Shown here: positions 39,550 to 54,420 of the stretch, piece by piece | Numbering within the stretch: position 1 is the stretch's first letter | How the letters are laid out: every line of letters begins with the position of its first letter | Origin: Eledone cirrhosa | Taxonomy: Eukaryota | Length of the DNA: 64,000 nt | NCBI GenBank assembly: GCA_964016885.1 | Contig: OZ024740.1 | Location: forward strand, 303,242,001-303,306,000 | Direction of reading: 5' to 3' | Translations under genes and position numbers: made by a program | The notes under the pieces: model-generated | Told to the model about the DNA's origin: nothing | Databases searched by the model: none | Seen by the model: only the letters and a program-made list of their open reading frames with translations

Positions 39550-42232
39550 ATTATTTATTCAAAGTAATCCAACTTATTTTACAAACGGGATAAAAAAAAT
39601 ATATTCTGGACGCTATCCCGCGCTCCTCCCTTCATTATAGTTAAGATACAATTATTTGATTAACGGCTATGGTGATAGATTAAAATATTGTACGGTGATT
39701 AGAACTAGGCAGGAAGTTTAGTAAGAACAATATCATGCAGATAGAGTTTCAATAACTGATTAATGTATAGTGAATCAGAATATGGCAAATGGTGGGATGA
39801 GAACATATATAGAAACACAACCGCATATGTATATACTTATGCTCAGGTACAATTCCTCATACTTTCACTTCAAATCATTAAAGGCCCAACTCAAGTGAGA
39901 AGCATTTATATGTCGTACCGCCATTTATCCCACATTTTCATAACCAATCTTAATTAACCCTTTAGCATTTACATTAATCTATATTTACTATTGTATTTTC
40001 ACGGTAAAGGCTTTACCTCACATAATTATCTCACATAATATCGAATCTACGTGATTTTGATACTATTTATTTTGAGAAAAATGCCTTAACATCAGTATGA
40101 GCAGCTGGTTATGGCTGGTTTGAACAGAAAGAGGTGAGAGAATTCCGGCCGGATATGGCCGGTTTAAATGCTAAAAGGTTAAACGATGCGGCTGTGCTTT
40201 GATTAAGTTCATTGTGCTTTACTCCGATGTGGATGTCACCAGGGTTTTACATGTATATAGACTTTTTCTTCTTCTTCTTCTTCAACTTCTTCTTCTTCTT
40301 CTTCGCCCATTTATTCCTGGGAGGGTCGTGGAGACAGACTCCTCAAACACTCCTTCCATGTCAGAAGCAACCGGATGGAATTGATCCGGTGGGGTCCCCA
40401 AGCGAGACCAACCTGAGCTCATGGATGTTATCCAACCCTCTTACTCGTTGTCTACCTCAGGGTCTCTTGTCGTTTCACAATGTATTTTCTAAGACATTCT
40501 AACCACACGGTTGTGTTAAAATTAGAAAACATCTATGAAACTAGAAATAAATATGAGATGAGGAAAAAATCTATGACTAACATAATATTAGTTAAGGTAG
40601 GTGAATTGGCTGCAAAATAGAATAAATGAGCATCCATCGGTTTCGACGATGAGCATTCAAGTTTATTGGTCAACAGAACGGCCTACACGTAAAATTAACA
40701 TATAAGTTGGTCGGTGTTCTATAGATACGTGTACACATAACTTAATTTTCTGAGGTATTCAATGTGACATAGTGTATTACAAACTGGCCTTGTGAATTAC
40801 AAGTGTAATGTTTGTTCAATGGGCAGCTACAAGGATACTCTTAAGCCCTCACTAAGATACTCCACCATTTATCAAGAATCATGCGACCGCCATGCTACTG
40901 AGAGATCTACTTGGTTCGGTCACACAAAAAAGATGCGTTTAACATCAGTTCTCTCTCTCTCTCTCCCTCTCTCCCTCTCTATCTATCTCTCCCTCTCTCA
41001 CTCTCTCTCCCACTCTCTCTCTCTCACTCACTTTGTCCTCCCGATAGTCTTCTTAACAGTTTCTATTTAATTTCATTGATAAATCCTGGGTCAATCAAAG
41101 CCAATAGTAAACGAACCTAAAACCTCATGGTTGGAAAGAGATCCTCTTAAATACTCAGTCACTTCAGTCGTACAACAGATTACATGAATCTAATTATACT
41201 AACTAGATACACCACTCATTACACCTTATATTTGGTCGAATGATTGAATATCTTCATAGTCCCTTGACATGCTGGAAGGAAGAGCCAACTATATGAGTAT
41301 GCATGTGTGTATATATACATATATATATATATACACACCTATACATATATATATACATACCTATACATATGTCTATGCTATGCACATATATACGCACACA
41401 CATATATATAAATATGGCTGTCTCGACCTCGGAACCTCATTAGGCTGGTGCTTATCCTAGTTTCTGTTGCGTGAAGCAACTGAGAGCACAAGACTTCCTC
41501 CTGGACAGGACGCCAGTCCATCGCAGGATTAAACCCCCAGCTAATGCTGGTACTCCTTTTTGGCTGAGTACACTGGAGGAACGGGAAATGGTGTGTTTTT
41601 GCACAAGAATACAACTCGCAATACAGCCCAGAATTCAAACCCATGACATTATGATAGTAAGTCCAACGCCCTAACCACTAGGCAACGCCTATATATATAT
41701 ATAAAGGGCAAAGACTCCTTTCGGTAACGAATGAGAATGGGTTTTGCACCAAGAAAGACACAGGCCCGGACAAAATGTATATTGAATAAGGGATAATTGG
41801 TCCACATCTACTCCAAATAACACACCTACTTCAAATTTTAGATAAGCAATTTTCTCTCTCTTAACAGGTTTATATATTTATATATTTTTCTTATACCTTA
41901 CGAATCCCTCTGTTGAAAACTTTCTCTGTCAACAATGCCCGTCTCAATCTATTAGGATGATCAATGTTTTTCTTCAACTTTGAAACTGTAGTAAGAGAAG
42001 TTGTTAGCTTTAGGTTGCTTAACTAAGACTATCCCATGGGAAATATGCTTGTGAAGTGTGTTTTTTTGTTTTATTTTTTCAGATTACTTTATTGGGATCT
42101 ACTCGTCAAGATGTTCTATATGCATTTGCATCTCTGAATGAGATTCTTTTAGCGATCCCTTTTCATTGTATCTTCTATCATCCATACTCTGTTTGGGTTC
42201 AACGTAATCCTATTATATAATTCTGTAAATAA

Positions 42233-42303
42233 CACCTGATGAAATCGTCTAGTCTTACATCATAATCGAATGATAGGGCTCGGACATCGAAATATGTATA
42301 GTG
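42233..42303 (+). ncRNA. Type I hammerhead ribozyme motif
   Basis: CAC-CTGATGA-long stem II (GTCT/GGAC, AGTCTT/AGGGCT, ATCAT/ATGAT)-GAAA-TATGTATA-GTG; predicted AUA site at 42300. Confidence 0.65.
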
Positions 42304-42360
42304 CCTTCACGAAATTAGAATCCTGAAGTAAATTTCCCAGTTCGGCCTTCTGTTGTTTTA

Positions 42361-42427
<67 letters not shown>

Positions 42428-42673
42428 TGGTGGAACACTGGAAGGTAATATCCGTAGTGGTAGAGCACTCAGTCCATGGGACGAGTTTGGTAGAAGTTAG
42501 TTCACCATACTGGGTACGGTTGTCCTTCCTGTTCCTATAACCATGCCCATTACGAGCTGAAGATCCGCTATGGTGAAACAATTGTTCACGGTATGGTGAA
42601 CTAACTGTTGTGTAACCACTTATATATATATAAGGGTATGTCAATATTTATTTATAAAACTAACTATATTATA

Positions 42674-42735
42674 TTTTATCTGATGAAAGCGCACCATAAT
42701 TTGCCTTGGTGGCCCTTGAAATATGTATAATGAAA
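42674..42735 (+). ncRNA. Type I hammerhead ribozyme motif
   Basis: TTTTAT-CTGATGA-stem II (AAG/CTT, CACCA/TGGTG)-GAAA-TATGTATA-ATGAAA; predicted AUA site at 42729. Confidence 0.7.
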
Positions 42736-42775
42736 TAAATATGGTTTTATAAATATAATTTCCATTTGTTAATAT

Positions 42776-43806
<1,031 letters not shown>

Positions 43807-45163
43807 ATGGTGGCTGCCAACTCGTTTTCGAGTACGGCCACTACTTTATATCCATGTAAGAGAACCCCTACCGAATCGCTGAACGAGTGTGACTTTTTAG
43901 TCCAGCCAGCGACTTGAAAACTCTGGTACAAACACTACACTTGTGACAATTATTAACACATACTGCTGGGCCCATGGTACCATGTGACGACAAGTGCAGA
44001 GAGATCTCCAGATATAAAGCAATACCTGTGCCGTGAAGCTTTTATAGTGAGCAAAGGCACTGCACAAAGCCAGTCCCACTCTCTTAACCTAGATGATATT
44101 TACCAAAAAGAAGAACAAGTCAACATCATTGGATACCATCAGGGTTGCAGGTGTTATATCAGAGTTTTCCTTCTCCTAGAATTCTGCCTTGACAAAGGCT
44201 AAGGGGTCATCTCTCCGGGTGATTTTGGATGGCCATTGACTCTTAAGAGCTCCTTTGCTCTTTTACAGATTTTGTTTTTAGTCCTGCAGGATGTCCAAAG
44301 TCACCCTTCTCACCAAGAAACCTTGGTGGGGTTGCCAGTTTAGTCGCCAATGACCCGACCATGAGACAGGTTGTACTGGGATACATGTTACCAGTAGCAC
44401 CATACATACATACACACATACATACACGCATGCATGCATACATAGATATATACATACATGCGTGCGTGCATACATACATACATACATTCGTACATAAGCA
44501 TATATATGTACATACATACATACATACATAAGCACATATATACATACATACATAAGTATATATATACATGGTGGCTGCCAACTCGTTTTCGAGTACGGCC
44601 ACTACTTTATATCCATGTAGGAGAACCCCTACCAATGCGCTGAACGAGTGTGACTTTTTAGTCCAGCCAGCGACTTGAAAACTCTGGTACAAACACTACA
44701 CTTGTGACAATTATTGACACATAGTGCTGGGCCCATGGTACCATGTGACGACAAGTGCAGAGAGATCTCCAGATATAAAGCAATGCCTGTGCCGTGAAGC
44801 TTTTATAGTGAGCAAAGGCACTGCACAAAGCCAGTCCCACTCTCTTAACCAAGATGATATTTACCAAAAAGAAGAACAAGTCAACATCATTGGATACCAT
44901 CAGAGTTGCAGGTGTTATATCAGAGTTTTCCTTCTCCTAGAATTCTGCCTTGACAAAGGCTAAGGGGTCATCTCTCCCGGTGATTTTGGATGGCCATTGA
45001 CTCTTAAGAGCTCCTTTGCCCTTTGACAGGTTTTGTTTTTAGTCCTGCAGGATGTCCAAAGTCACCCTCCTCACCAAGAAACCTTGGTGGGGTTGCCAGT
45101 TTAGTCGCCAACGACCCGACCATGAGACAGGTTGTACTGGGATACATGTTACCAGTAGCACCA
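43807..45163 (-). repeat. Tandem duplication of a ~595-bp unit resembling an RTE 5' UTR, embedded in (TA)/(TATAC) arrays
   Basis: 43807-44402 nearly identical to 44568-45163; minus strand has CTAGGAGAAGGAAAACTCTGA, a motif I associate with RTE 5' UTRs; terminus also present at 47655-47693. Confidence 0.75.
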
Positions 45164-45191
45164 ACTAGTGACCTGACATAATATATATACA

Positions 45192-45228
<37 letters not shown>

Positions 45229-45231
45229 GAC

Positions 45232-45264
<33 letters not shown>

Positions 45265-45291
45265 CATATATACATATATATATATATATAC

Positions 45292-45370
<79 letters not shown>

Positions 45371-45561
45371 CATATACATATATATACATATACATATATA
45401 TATATACATATACATATATATATATACATATACATATATATATATATATATACATATATATACATCTACATATATATATATATATGTGTATATATATATA
45501 TATATATACACATATATATATATATACATATACATATACATATATATATATATACATATAC

Positions 45562-45669
<108 letters not shown>

Positions 45670-46440
45670 ATATATATATAATATACATATATATATATAC
45701 ATATACATATATATATACATATACATATACATATATATATGTATATGTATATATATATACATATACATATACATATACATATATATATATACATATACAT
45801 ATACATATATAGAGAGAGAGAGTGTGTGTGTGGGGGGGGGTCCATGTATATATGCATATGCATATGTATGTGAACGTTTGAGTATGCTTGTGCATGTATA
45901 TATGTATGTTGTAAGTATATGTATTTACGTGTATGAGGTATGAGCGTGTGTGTGTGTGTGTGTGTGTGTCCATATGTGTGTGCTTGTGTGGGCCTGTGGG
46001 TGTGACTACAACGCATATAATGGCAATAGTGTGCGTTGGTATCATTGCCAATGTTGTGGCGTTGTTAACGAAACGCTGCTGTTGTTGTTGTGATGGTGGT
46101 AGTTGTGTTGGTAATGGTAGTGGCCGTCATCATCGTTGTCGTGGTGTCTTTTTTGTCTTTTTTTTTCCTTTTATCAGTGATCAATAAAACACACAAGACA
46201 GTCATAAAGACATACAGGAAGAGAGGGGAATAAGAATGGTATGGTTAGAGAAAAGGAGATAGACAGAGGAAGAAAGAGTGGGATGGATAAAGAACGAAAG
46301 CAAGACAAAGAAACAGATAGAGAAAGACAGATGTTAAGGCCAATCTATTTATAAATGTTAAGGCCAGTCTTTTTATCGTACTTTTTATCTTAATGATTCG
46401 TTGTTGTTTTTTTCCATGTAGGTACAACAATAGCCAAGAT

Positions 46441-46483
<43 letters not shown>

Positions 46484-47718
46484 GGCTCTCTCTCGCTTTA
46501 TCACATGAGCACACACACACACACTCCCTCTCTCTCTCTCTCTCTCTCTATCTATCTCTATCTTTTGAATGTGTGTATATATTATTTATACACAAAAGTA
46601 ACGAAGATCACTGGTATAAATACAGCGTCCTCGTCCAGCTCACTCAATGAATCTGGCGAATTGCAGTTATGCTGCTGTAATCAACTGTTCTGAGTGCATA
46701 TATTTTGTTTACTGTAGACGGTTGAGTGTGTATAGTTAGAGATTGGTGTAAATATCTCTCTCCCAGACGATCGTTTCTTTACAGATGCATATTTTATTTC
46801 TACAATGTTCAGAAAATCGCGTAAACTCAGTGGATATTTACGTAATTGGGCTATTACACTCTTCAGTAGGAAATGCCCAACATTATAGGTTGACTTTACC
46901 AGTAATGCACTGGGTAATTGCTGGCCTTGTGCCTAAAGTAGAAACAATTATACGATAAGCTAGCCCTCATTACTAGATAAGCTATCTAGCAGTTCAGGCA
47001 GATCCCCACTGATGAAAAGAGGAAGAATTTCTCGCTGACTATAACACGTGATTTTGTTAGTTGAATTCGAAGGAAATCGTGTCAAAACGAAGAACTCAAC
47101 CAGCCTCATAGCATATCTACATACATACTTAACAAGGTTCGTGTATATATACGCATATACAAGCAAATAAAAGCTGATTTGTAATACAAGTCAAATATTC
47201 AATATATGTATATATGTATATATGTATATATATATATATATGTATATATATATGTATATATGTATATATATATATATGTATATATGTGTATATATATGTG
47301 TGTGTGTGTATCTATCAATATACGGTATGTTCAGCTATGGATTTTTGGAAACTGATGACGTAGAGCCATCTATCGGATTCCAGCCGAGGTAAGGATGGGT
47401 AACTGTCGACGATCATCGTTTCTGACCCGATCCCGCCGAGGTTGACTTTGCCTTTCATCCTTACGGGGTCGATAAAATAAAGTACCAGTAATGTACTGGT
47501 TAATTGCTGGCCTTGTGCTAAAAGTAGAAACAGTTATTAATAAAGCAGTGTTCCCTTACCCTGCTCTCTGCTTGAACTAGGCGAAAACATAGTTTTGACA
47601 CCTATGTACATAGACTGATTAGCCTCATTTAAATATAGAGCTGTCGGTGTATAAAGTGACAAGGTTGTACTGGGTAACGTGTTACCAGTAGCACATAAAT
47701 ATACATATATATGCCTGT

Positions 47719-47749
<31 letters not shown>

Positions 47750-47891
47750 CATGTGTGTGTGTGTGTGTGTGTGTATACATACATGCATATAAATATTCAT
47801 ATATATATATATATGTGTGTGTATGTGTGTGTATGTATATATATATACATGTATATACACAGAGATATATAAAAATATACATATATGTGCA

Positions 47892-48008
<117 letters not shown>

Positions 48009-50104
48009 ACCATTATCACCAAACAAAACTTATTTCATCCAATCTTTATTGCTTCAGCCAGGCTATTTTTCTTTCAGTGGATTTATTCTTCGCTATTTTA
48101 TATTGTTTACGTTTGTTACAGTATCTTTTGCTGTATGTTTTATGTATTTCGTTTGTTTTACATATGTTTGTTGTATGTTTTATTTTAGTTATTTCCTATC
48201 TGTCAACCTCCTAACTTATTAATGGCGTGAGCTGGAGTTTCTCAAGTTATTTTTGTACTTTCTTTTAACTTTATTTCCTTTCTATATCAATAATATTGAT
48301 TTTTATCATCACCATACTAATAACCCTTGACCAGTGTTATATTTTATCGACCCAGGAAGAATTTATAGGCAATGTTGACGTCGGTAGGATTTGAACTCAG
48401 GGCGTAAAGTACCATTAATATACTGGAAGATATTCTACCTGGCGCCCTAATTATTCTGCCATTGATAATAAACTGAAGATCCTGGTGGAACAGAAACGGA
48501 AGAATACCGTCTTAAGTACATTCTAATAATTTGATTGCTGCTACTGTTGCTGCTGATGTTGCTGCTAGTGATGATACTGATGATGATGGTGATTCTGCTG
48601 CTACTACTACTACTACTACTACTTCTACTATTTCTACTACTACTACTTCTACTACTACTACTATACGAGTTAAGAGGGAACGTGTACATTTGGGCAATCG
48701 CTTTGATTTAAAACATATCAAAGGAGACAACCTAGAAAAATTATTGATTTGTAATGCCACTACTTATTCCAACACCCCTCCACTTATTTGAGACCCGAGA
48801 ATATGTTGTCACAATATGTTGAAATTACACCTCATTGGAGAGAGGGGGGGGGTCCTATTCAGAGTGTGTTCTGTCACTATAGGAAACGAAGATAAATATC
48901 ATTACTTTTTATTCTTGTAGTTAGAGAAAATATCATCAAAAGACTGAAGTACTTACGGAGGAAAGACGTAAAATATTAATAAATTCTTGTACACCATGTT
49001 CTTGTAATCTAGATAGTTTGTCGTACGAACGAGTATCCTCCACCTCTAACTAACTTACCCTCTGATTCTGGGTCCCGGCGACCGACAGGATGGAAAATAC
49101 ATTGGCCCAGCGGACGACGTGGTAGACATGCTGGAACAGCCACTCCAATTCGCGGGGCTTGCAGCTGCGGGCAGTCAACTCTGTTCCGATAGTAATGAGT
49201 AGGGATGTGGTCCGGGGACATGAAATGAATAATTGTTGGTGTTGTTATTGCTGTTGTTGCTGAGAAAGACTATTAAGTACATTTAATGTGTTACTACCTA
49301 TCTAACAGTGCGTGACTACATTTTCTTCTTCGATTTTCTATCCTTACTAAGTAAAATGAAACGATTTATTGGGATAAGATATAATTGACTTTGTACTACT
49401 CCATTGCTCCATACCGATGATGTATAAGATACATAAACGAATTTGTCTTTGATGATAGAGCTAGCCGTAAATAATTTATATTAAATGTATAAATAGCATA
49501 AGAACTTGAGCTAATTAATCATATAACTTCGAGAAAAAAAGTAAGAAAGGTAATAATTTCCATATGCTTTCTTCCTTTACACAATACTCTCGAGTCCCAA
49601 ATAATAAGGGAAGGTGTAATAAGTGAGGGGTGGAATAAGCGAGGGAGTTGGAATAAGGTGTGTGTGGGGGAGGGGGGTAATCGGTAATGTGTCTAGGTTG
49701 TCTTCGTTGATTTTCTTTAAAAACCAGAATTAGTCGGTTAGTTTACATATTGCAGGGACGAAAGCATTTCTGAATTGGATGGCGGGGTACCAAATGTGCA
49801 CTATTTAGTTGTAGCGATTAGTTTAGCTCTTTGCACTCTAAAATGGTCAGAAAACTTCGATATGCGATAAACATAACATGTACATAAATTGTAGCGCATA
49901 TGCAAATAGATGTATGTTTTGGTAGTTTGGGGGAGAAAATATAATTATCTGAGGGGTCATGATGATTTAAAAAAACATTATATATGACAAAAGAAGAACA
50001 TTACAAGAAATCCCATATTTACGAACGTACACTATACAATTACTGGTTTCCCAAGCCCCACACCTTCTATTATTGCAAACCCCTCCTATTATTGGGATCC
50101 ACGA

Positions 50105-50990
50105 GTACCACCAATCTCTCCTCCTCTCTATGTCTATCACACAAATTTCTTTTAATCCCCCTCTCTGTATCTACTAAAACCAAACTCTGCTCCTCTCTAT
50201 ATCTACCACAAAACCGCCTCTCTTATCCCACTCCCTATATCTAAGGTTAATACACTCACTCACTCTCTATAAATATCTACGCTTAGCTCTCCCAATCCCC
50301 CTCTTTATATCAATCACTCCTAAACTCTTCTCCTCCATATATCCCTCTCTGTATATCTACAACCACCAAACTCTCCCCCTCTCTATATCTAATACATGGA
50401 ACTCTCTTTCAATCCCCCTCTCTATATCAATTAAAGCCAATCTCTCCTACTCTGTATATCTATTACAAGGTACTTTCTTCAAATCCCCCTCTCCATATCA
50501 ATTAGCACCAAACTCTCCCCTCCCTATATCTACTACACGAAAATCTCTTTCAATAATCCTCTCTATATCAATAAACATCAATTTTTCCCCTTCTCTATAT
50601 TTAATATACAACACACTCTCCTAACCCCCTCACTATATCAATTACCACCAAACTATCCCCCTCTCTATATCTACCAGACAACACTATCTCTCTCATTCCC
50701 TCTCACTCTATCCATCACTACCAAACTATCCCCCATTATATATCTATCAATAACTATCTCGATCAATTCACTCACTCTATTCATTACCACCAAACTCTCC
50801 CCCTCTCTACATCAACCATACAACTCTCTCTCCCAATCCCCCCTCTATATCAATTAACACCAAACTCTCCCTCTTTTTATATCAACTACACGGAACTCTC
50901 TTCCAACCCCCTCTCTATATCAATTAGCACCAAACTTTCTCCCTCTCTATATCTACTATACGGAACTCTCTTTCAATCCCCCTCTATATA
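50105..50990. repeat. CT-rich minisatellite with alternating subunits
   Basis: Repeating CCCCTCTCTATATCAATTACCACCAAACTCTC / CCCCTCTCTATATCTACTACACGGAACTCTCTTTCAAT. Confidence 0.8.
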
Positions 50991-51334
50991 AAATAAATAG
51001 GATGTGTTGGGGTCTCAATATGTAAACTACACGACTAATTCTGTTTTGTTTGTTTGCTTTTTAATTAAGGGAGACAACCTAGAAAAATTACCAATTTTCT
51101 AAACGCCCCTTCCCGCTTATTCCACCCCACCCTCCTCTATTATTTGGGACCTGAGAGCAGAGAAATATAAGTGTCATCTTGTTCGTATGACCAAGTGTAG
51201 GTAACTCACTCGCCTATTTAGGAGGTACATATGCACATGAAATATAATTGATACTGAAAAGAAAAGGCTAATAGTGGATTATTTTCGTAGCACATTAAAT
51301 TCGAACGTGAACGAACTACCTCGTTGTTGATGGT

Positions 51335-51530
51335 GTAGGACAGAAAAAAAAGGAAAGACACAAAATAAAAATCCAGTCACTGAGAAGGTCACAGAATGTG
51401 TGACGAAAGACCTTTAACAATATATAAACAACCATCGAACCAACCAACCGACCGGAAATGTATAATAAATTGAAATGAAAACCAACAGGTGAGTGTGTTT
51501 TTATTGGCAGCATGGCCTTCCTAAAGCATA
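51335..51530 (+). mobile_element. Solo pLTR fragment of second PLE family with hammerhead remnant (51376-51418)
   Basis: GTCACTGAGAAGGTCACAGAATGTGTGACGAAAGACCTTTAAC and downstream AACCAACCAACC...TTATTGGCA match 54070-54300. Confidence 0.75.
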
Positions 51531-51531
51531 T

Positions 51532-51569
<38 letters not shown>

Positions 51570-52104
51570 ATATTGATATACTTTAGGAGGTTACGACGAC
51601 GAGTGTTCCAGTTGATATTATCAACGGAACAGCCTACTCGTGCAATTAACATGCAAGTGACTGAATATTCCACTGACACGTGTACCCTAACGTAGCTCTC
51701 GAGGAGATTCGGCGTGACACAGAATGTGACAAGGCCCTTCGAATTACAGGTAGAACTCACTTTTGCCAGCTGAGTGGACAGGAGCAACGTGAAATAAAGT
51801 GTTTTGCTTAATGACACAACGCACCACATGGTCCAGGAATTGAACTTAGACATTAAGACCATAAGTCCAACACCTTCAAACACAACACCCCACGCTTTCA
51901 CATTATATATATATATATATATAGTCATTCATTGCATCATAGTTAACCATAATGCAATAGTAGAAAAAGCACTCAACGTAACGCAACTCATTTATATTTG
52001 ATGTAATATTATGTTGGTGTTGCGGGAACGGTGTCAATTATTATTGAAGAAAATGACTGGAGGCCGGATTGGTGAAATTCCTTTAGAGTTTTTTTAATTT
52101 TCTT

Positions 52105-52171
<67 letters not shown>

Positions 52172-52303
52172 AAATTTTGAGTATATGTTGGTTGTTTACC
52201 GACACCTCAGTATGCAGATTGGAGCACTTGAGGAAGTACGCAGGTTGGTTTGTTTACTCCGGAGTAATGTAAAATAATTATATATATGAAATTATTTTAT
52301 ATA

Positions 52304-52387
<84 letters not shown>

Positions 52388-53499
52388 TAACAGATTAAAG
52401 TTTAAGCAAAGAATCGCAGCTTTCACCCTTAACGGGATTTTCTGAAACTAACAAAGTCAATCTGTAAACGCAGAAGTGGATATTTCAAAAAACGTTGCAA
52501 CCGGAGGAAGTCAGGAAGATGATACTTTGGTTCGTGGAAACGTTCCCTGGCAAAGAACGGGAAACAACGAATATAATACGTCATTAATAGAAGCGGTGAA
52601 AAACAATTACACGCAAAGACAGAACCACGTTTATGGTATAAAAGAAGTCGTAGCTAATGTTCTCTTAGGTGGTTCATAGAGACGTTCTCTAGCAATGAAC
52701 GGAAAAAACGATGATAATACGTCATATGTGGAGCGTGGAGAACAATTGCACGCAAAGACAAAACCACGTAAATGGTATAGCTGAAGTCGTAGACTAAAAT
52801 TCTAACTAGGAGACCAAATGAATCTCCGCTTCAGAGTTAAGAATAAAGTAAATAAAATACAATACAGAGGTAATAGAAATTAAATAAATACATACACGCA
52901 TGCAAATACGTACATACACAAGCATACGCGAAAACACTTGCCATAGGTATACAAAACCACGCACATATAAATATGTGTGTGTGTGTGTGCGTGTATACAA
53001 ATAAATGAAAAATTGAATAAACGTATATAAATAAATAAATACGTATATAACAAGCGCACACACATACCTACATGTAAATACACAAATGTTCGGAGACGTA
53101 CGTCAACCAAAACATGAAGTACACATATACACACACCCTACATACGTACGAACCCGCATACTCACACAGACGCAAAGCTCCCGTATACACATAACCAAAC
53201 CATATGTACCAGAATATATAAAATTATACGCCATAACATATTCAATCAAATATACGTACGAGAAAGTATACGTACCTTCACAAAACATACAGGTAATATA
53301 TACTTACCTATGCAAATAAGTAATGGTATAAACATAACATATACTTAGCTACCACATCAAGACGTAAAATATCCACGTATAGATCGTATTATCCGTTAGG
53401 GTATAATGTGGGGCTGTAATACAGGAAAGTTTTGTGCAATTTATGTTTACAAGCCGAAATTGCCTCAGATTTTTTGTTTAAGATGTGGTCTGTGGCGTA

Positions 53500-54360
53500 G
53501 AGTATTTCCTTTGAAAAGACCTCCCTGTATAGATAAGAAATGTATAATCTGTAAATTAAGCCCCCATATTAACTGTAAAACTAGAAATGTAGTATATAGC
53601 ATAAGATGTACTGAAGGACAATGTAGAGATAAGAATATAGTGTACATAGGTGAGACAGCTCATAGTATTGGGGAACGGATAAATGAACACTGGCGAGACC
53701 TTCAAGATAGTAAAGAATCATCAATACTCCACCAACATGCTAAAATAGAACATAAGGGTAAATTAGAGAACATAGAAATAAAAATAGAATCTACACACAG
53801 AAAAGACGCAATGTTTAGACAAATCACAGAGGCAATAAACATAAATGAACTCCAACCAAAATTAAATAGAAAACATGAATTGAACAGCAACATCACAACT
53901 TACAATTAAGGACAAAATGAAAACACACATGCACATAGAACAAACAACCAGCCAGTAACATGTAAATAAACAAATAAATAAACAAATAAATAAACAAATA
54001 TAAACACACACAGACACCCGGATGTAACACATGCGCAAACTAAGCACACAACACACACAAAAACAAGATGGCGTAGGACAGAACAGAGGAGAGGCACAAA
54101 AACAAAGAAAAGAATCCCCAGTCACTGAAGAGGTCACAGAATGTGTGACGAAAGAACTTTGACAATATATAAACAATCATCTGGTTGTGGAACCAACCAA
54201 CCAACCGGAAATTTATAAATTCCTAAATTTATAAATTTATTATAATAAATTGAAGTAAAAGCAACTGGTGCGTGTGTTTCTTATTGGCAACATGACCCTC
54301 CCAAAGTATAACAATATCGGTTTCAACACACGTTTTCAGATAAAGAATCTTGCTAAACAA
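53500..54360 (+). mobile_element. Second Penelope-like family: GIY-YIG endonuclease 3' fragment plus pLTR
   Basis: C-x4-C-x2-C...C..RNVVYSIRC....C....VYIGET...ER..EH...S.L.QH....H...RQITEA..I....P.LN (ORF to 53909), followed by a pLTR with hammerhead. Confidence 0.85.
54121..54163 (+). ncRNA. Minimal type I hammerhead ribozyme in pLTR
   Basis: Stem I GTCA/TGAC, core CTGAAGA, stem II GTCACA/TGTGAC, GAAA, short stem III AGAACT, putative CUU site. Confidence 0.65.
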
Positions 54361-54371
54361 ATTCAGAAACG

Positions 54372-54420
<49 letters not shown>

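Noticed and set aside
47350-47425. Hammerhead at CTGATGA
   Set aside because: No correctly placed GAAA or stem III; similar negative result at 24072 and 47009.
50105-50990. CRISPR-like repeat-spacer array
   Set aside because: Eukaryotic context; intervening segments are themselves degenerate repeats, not unique spacers; no cas genes.
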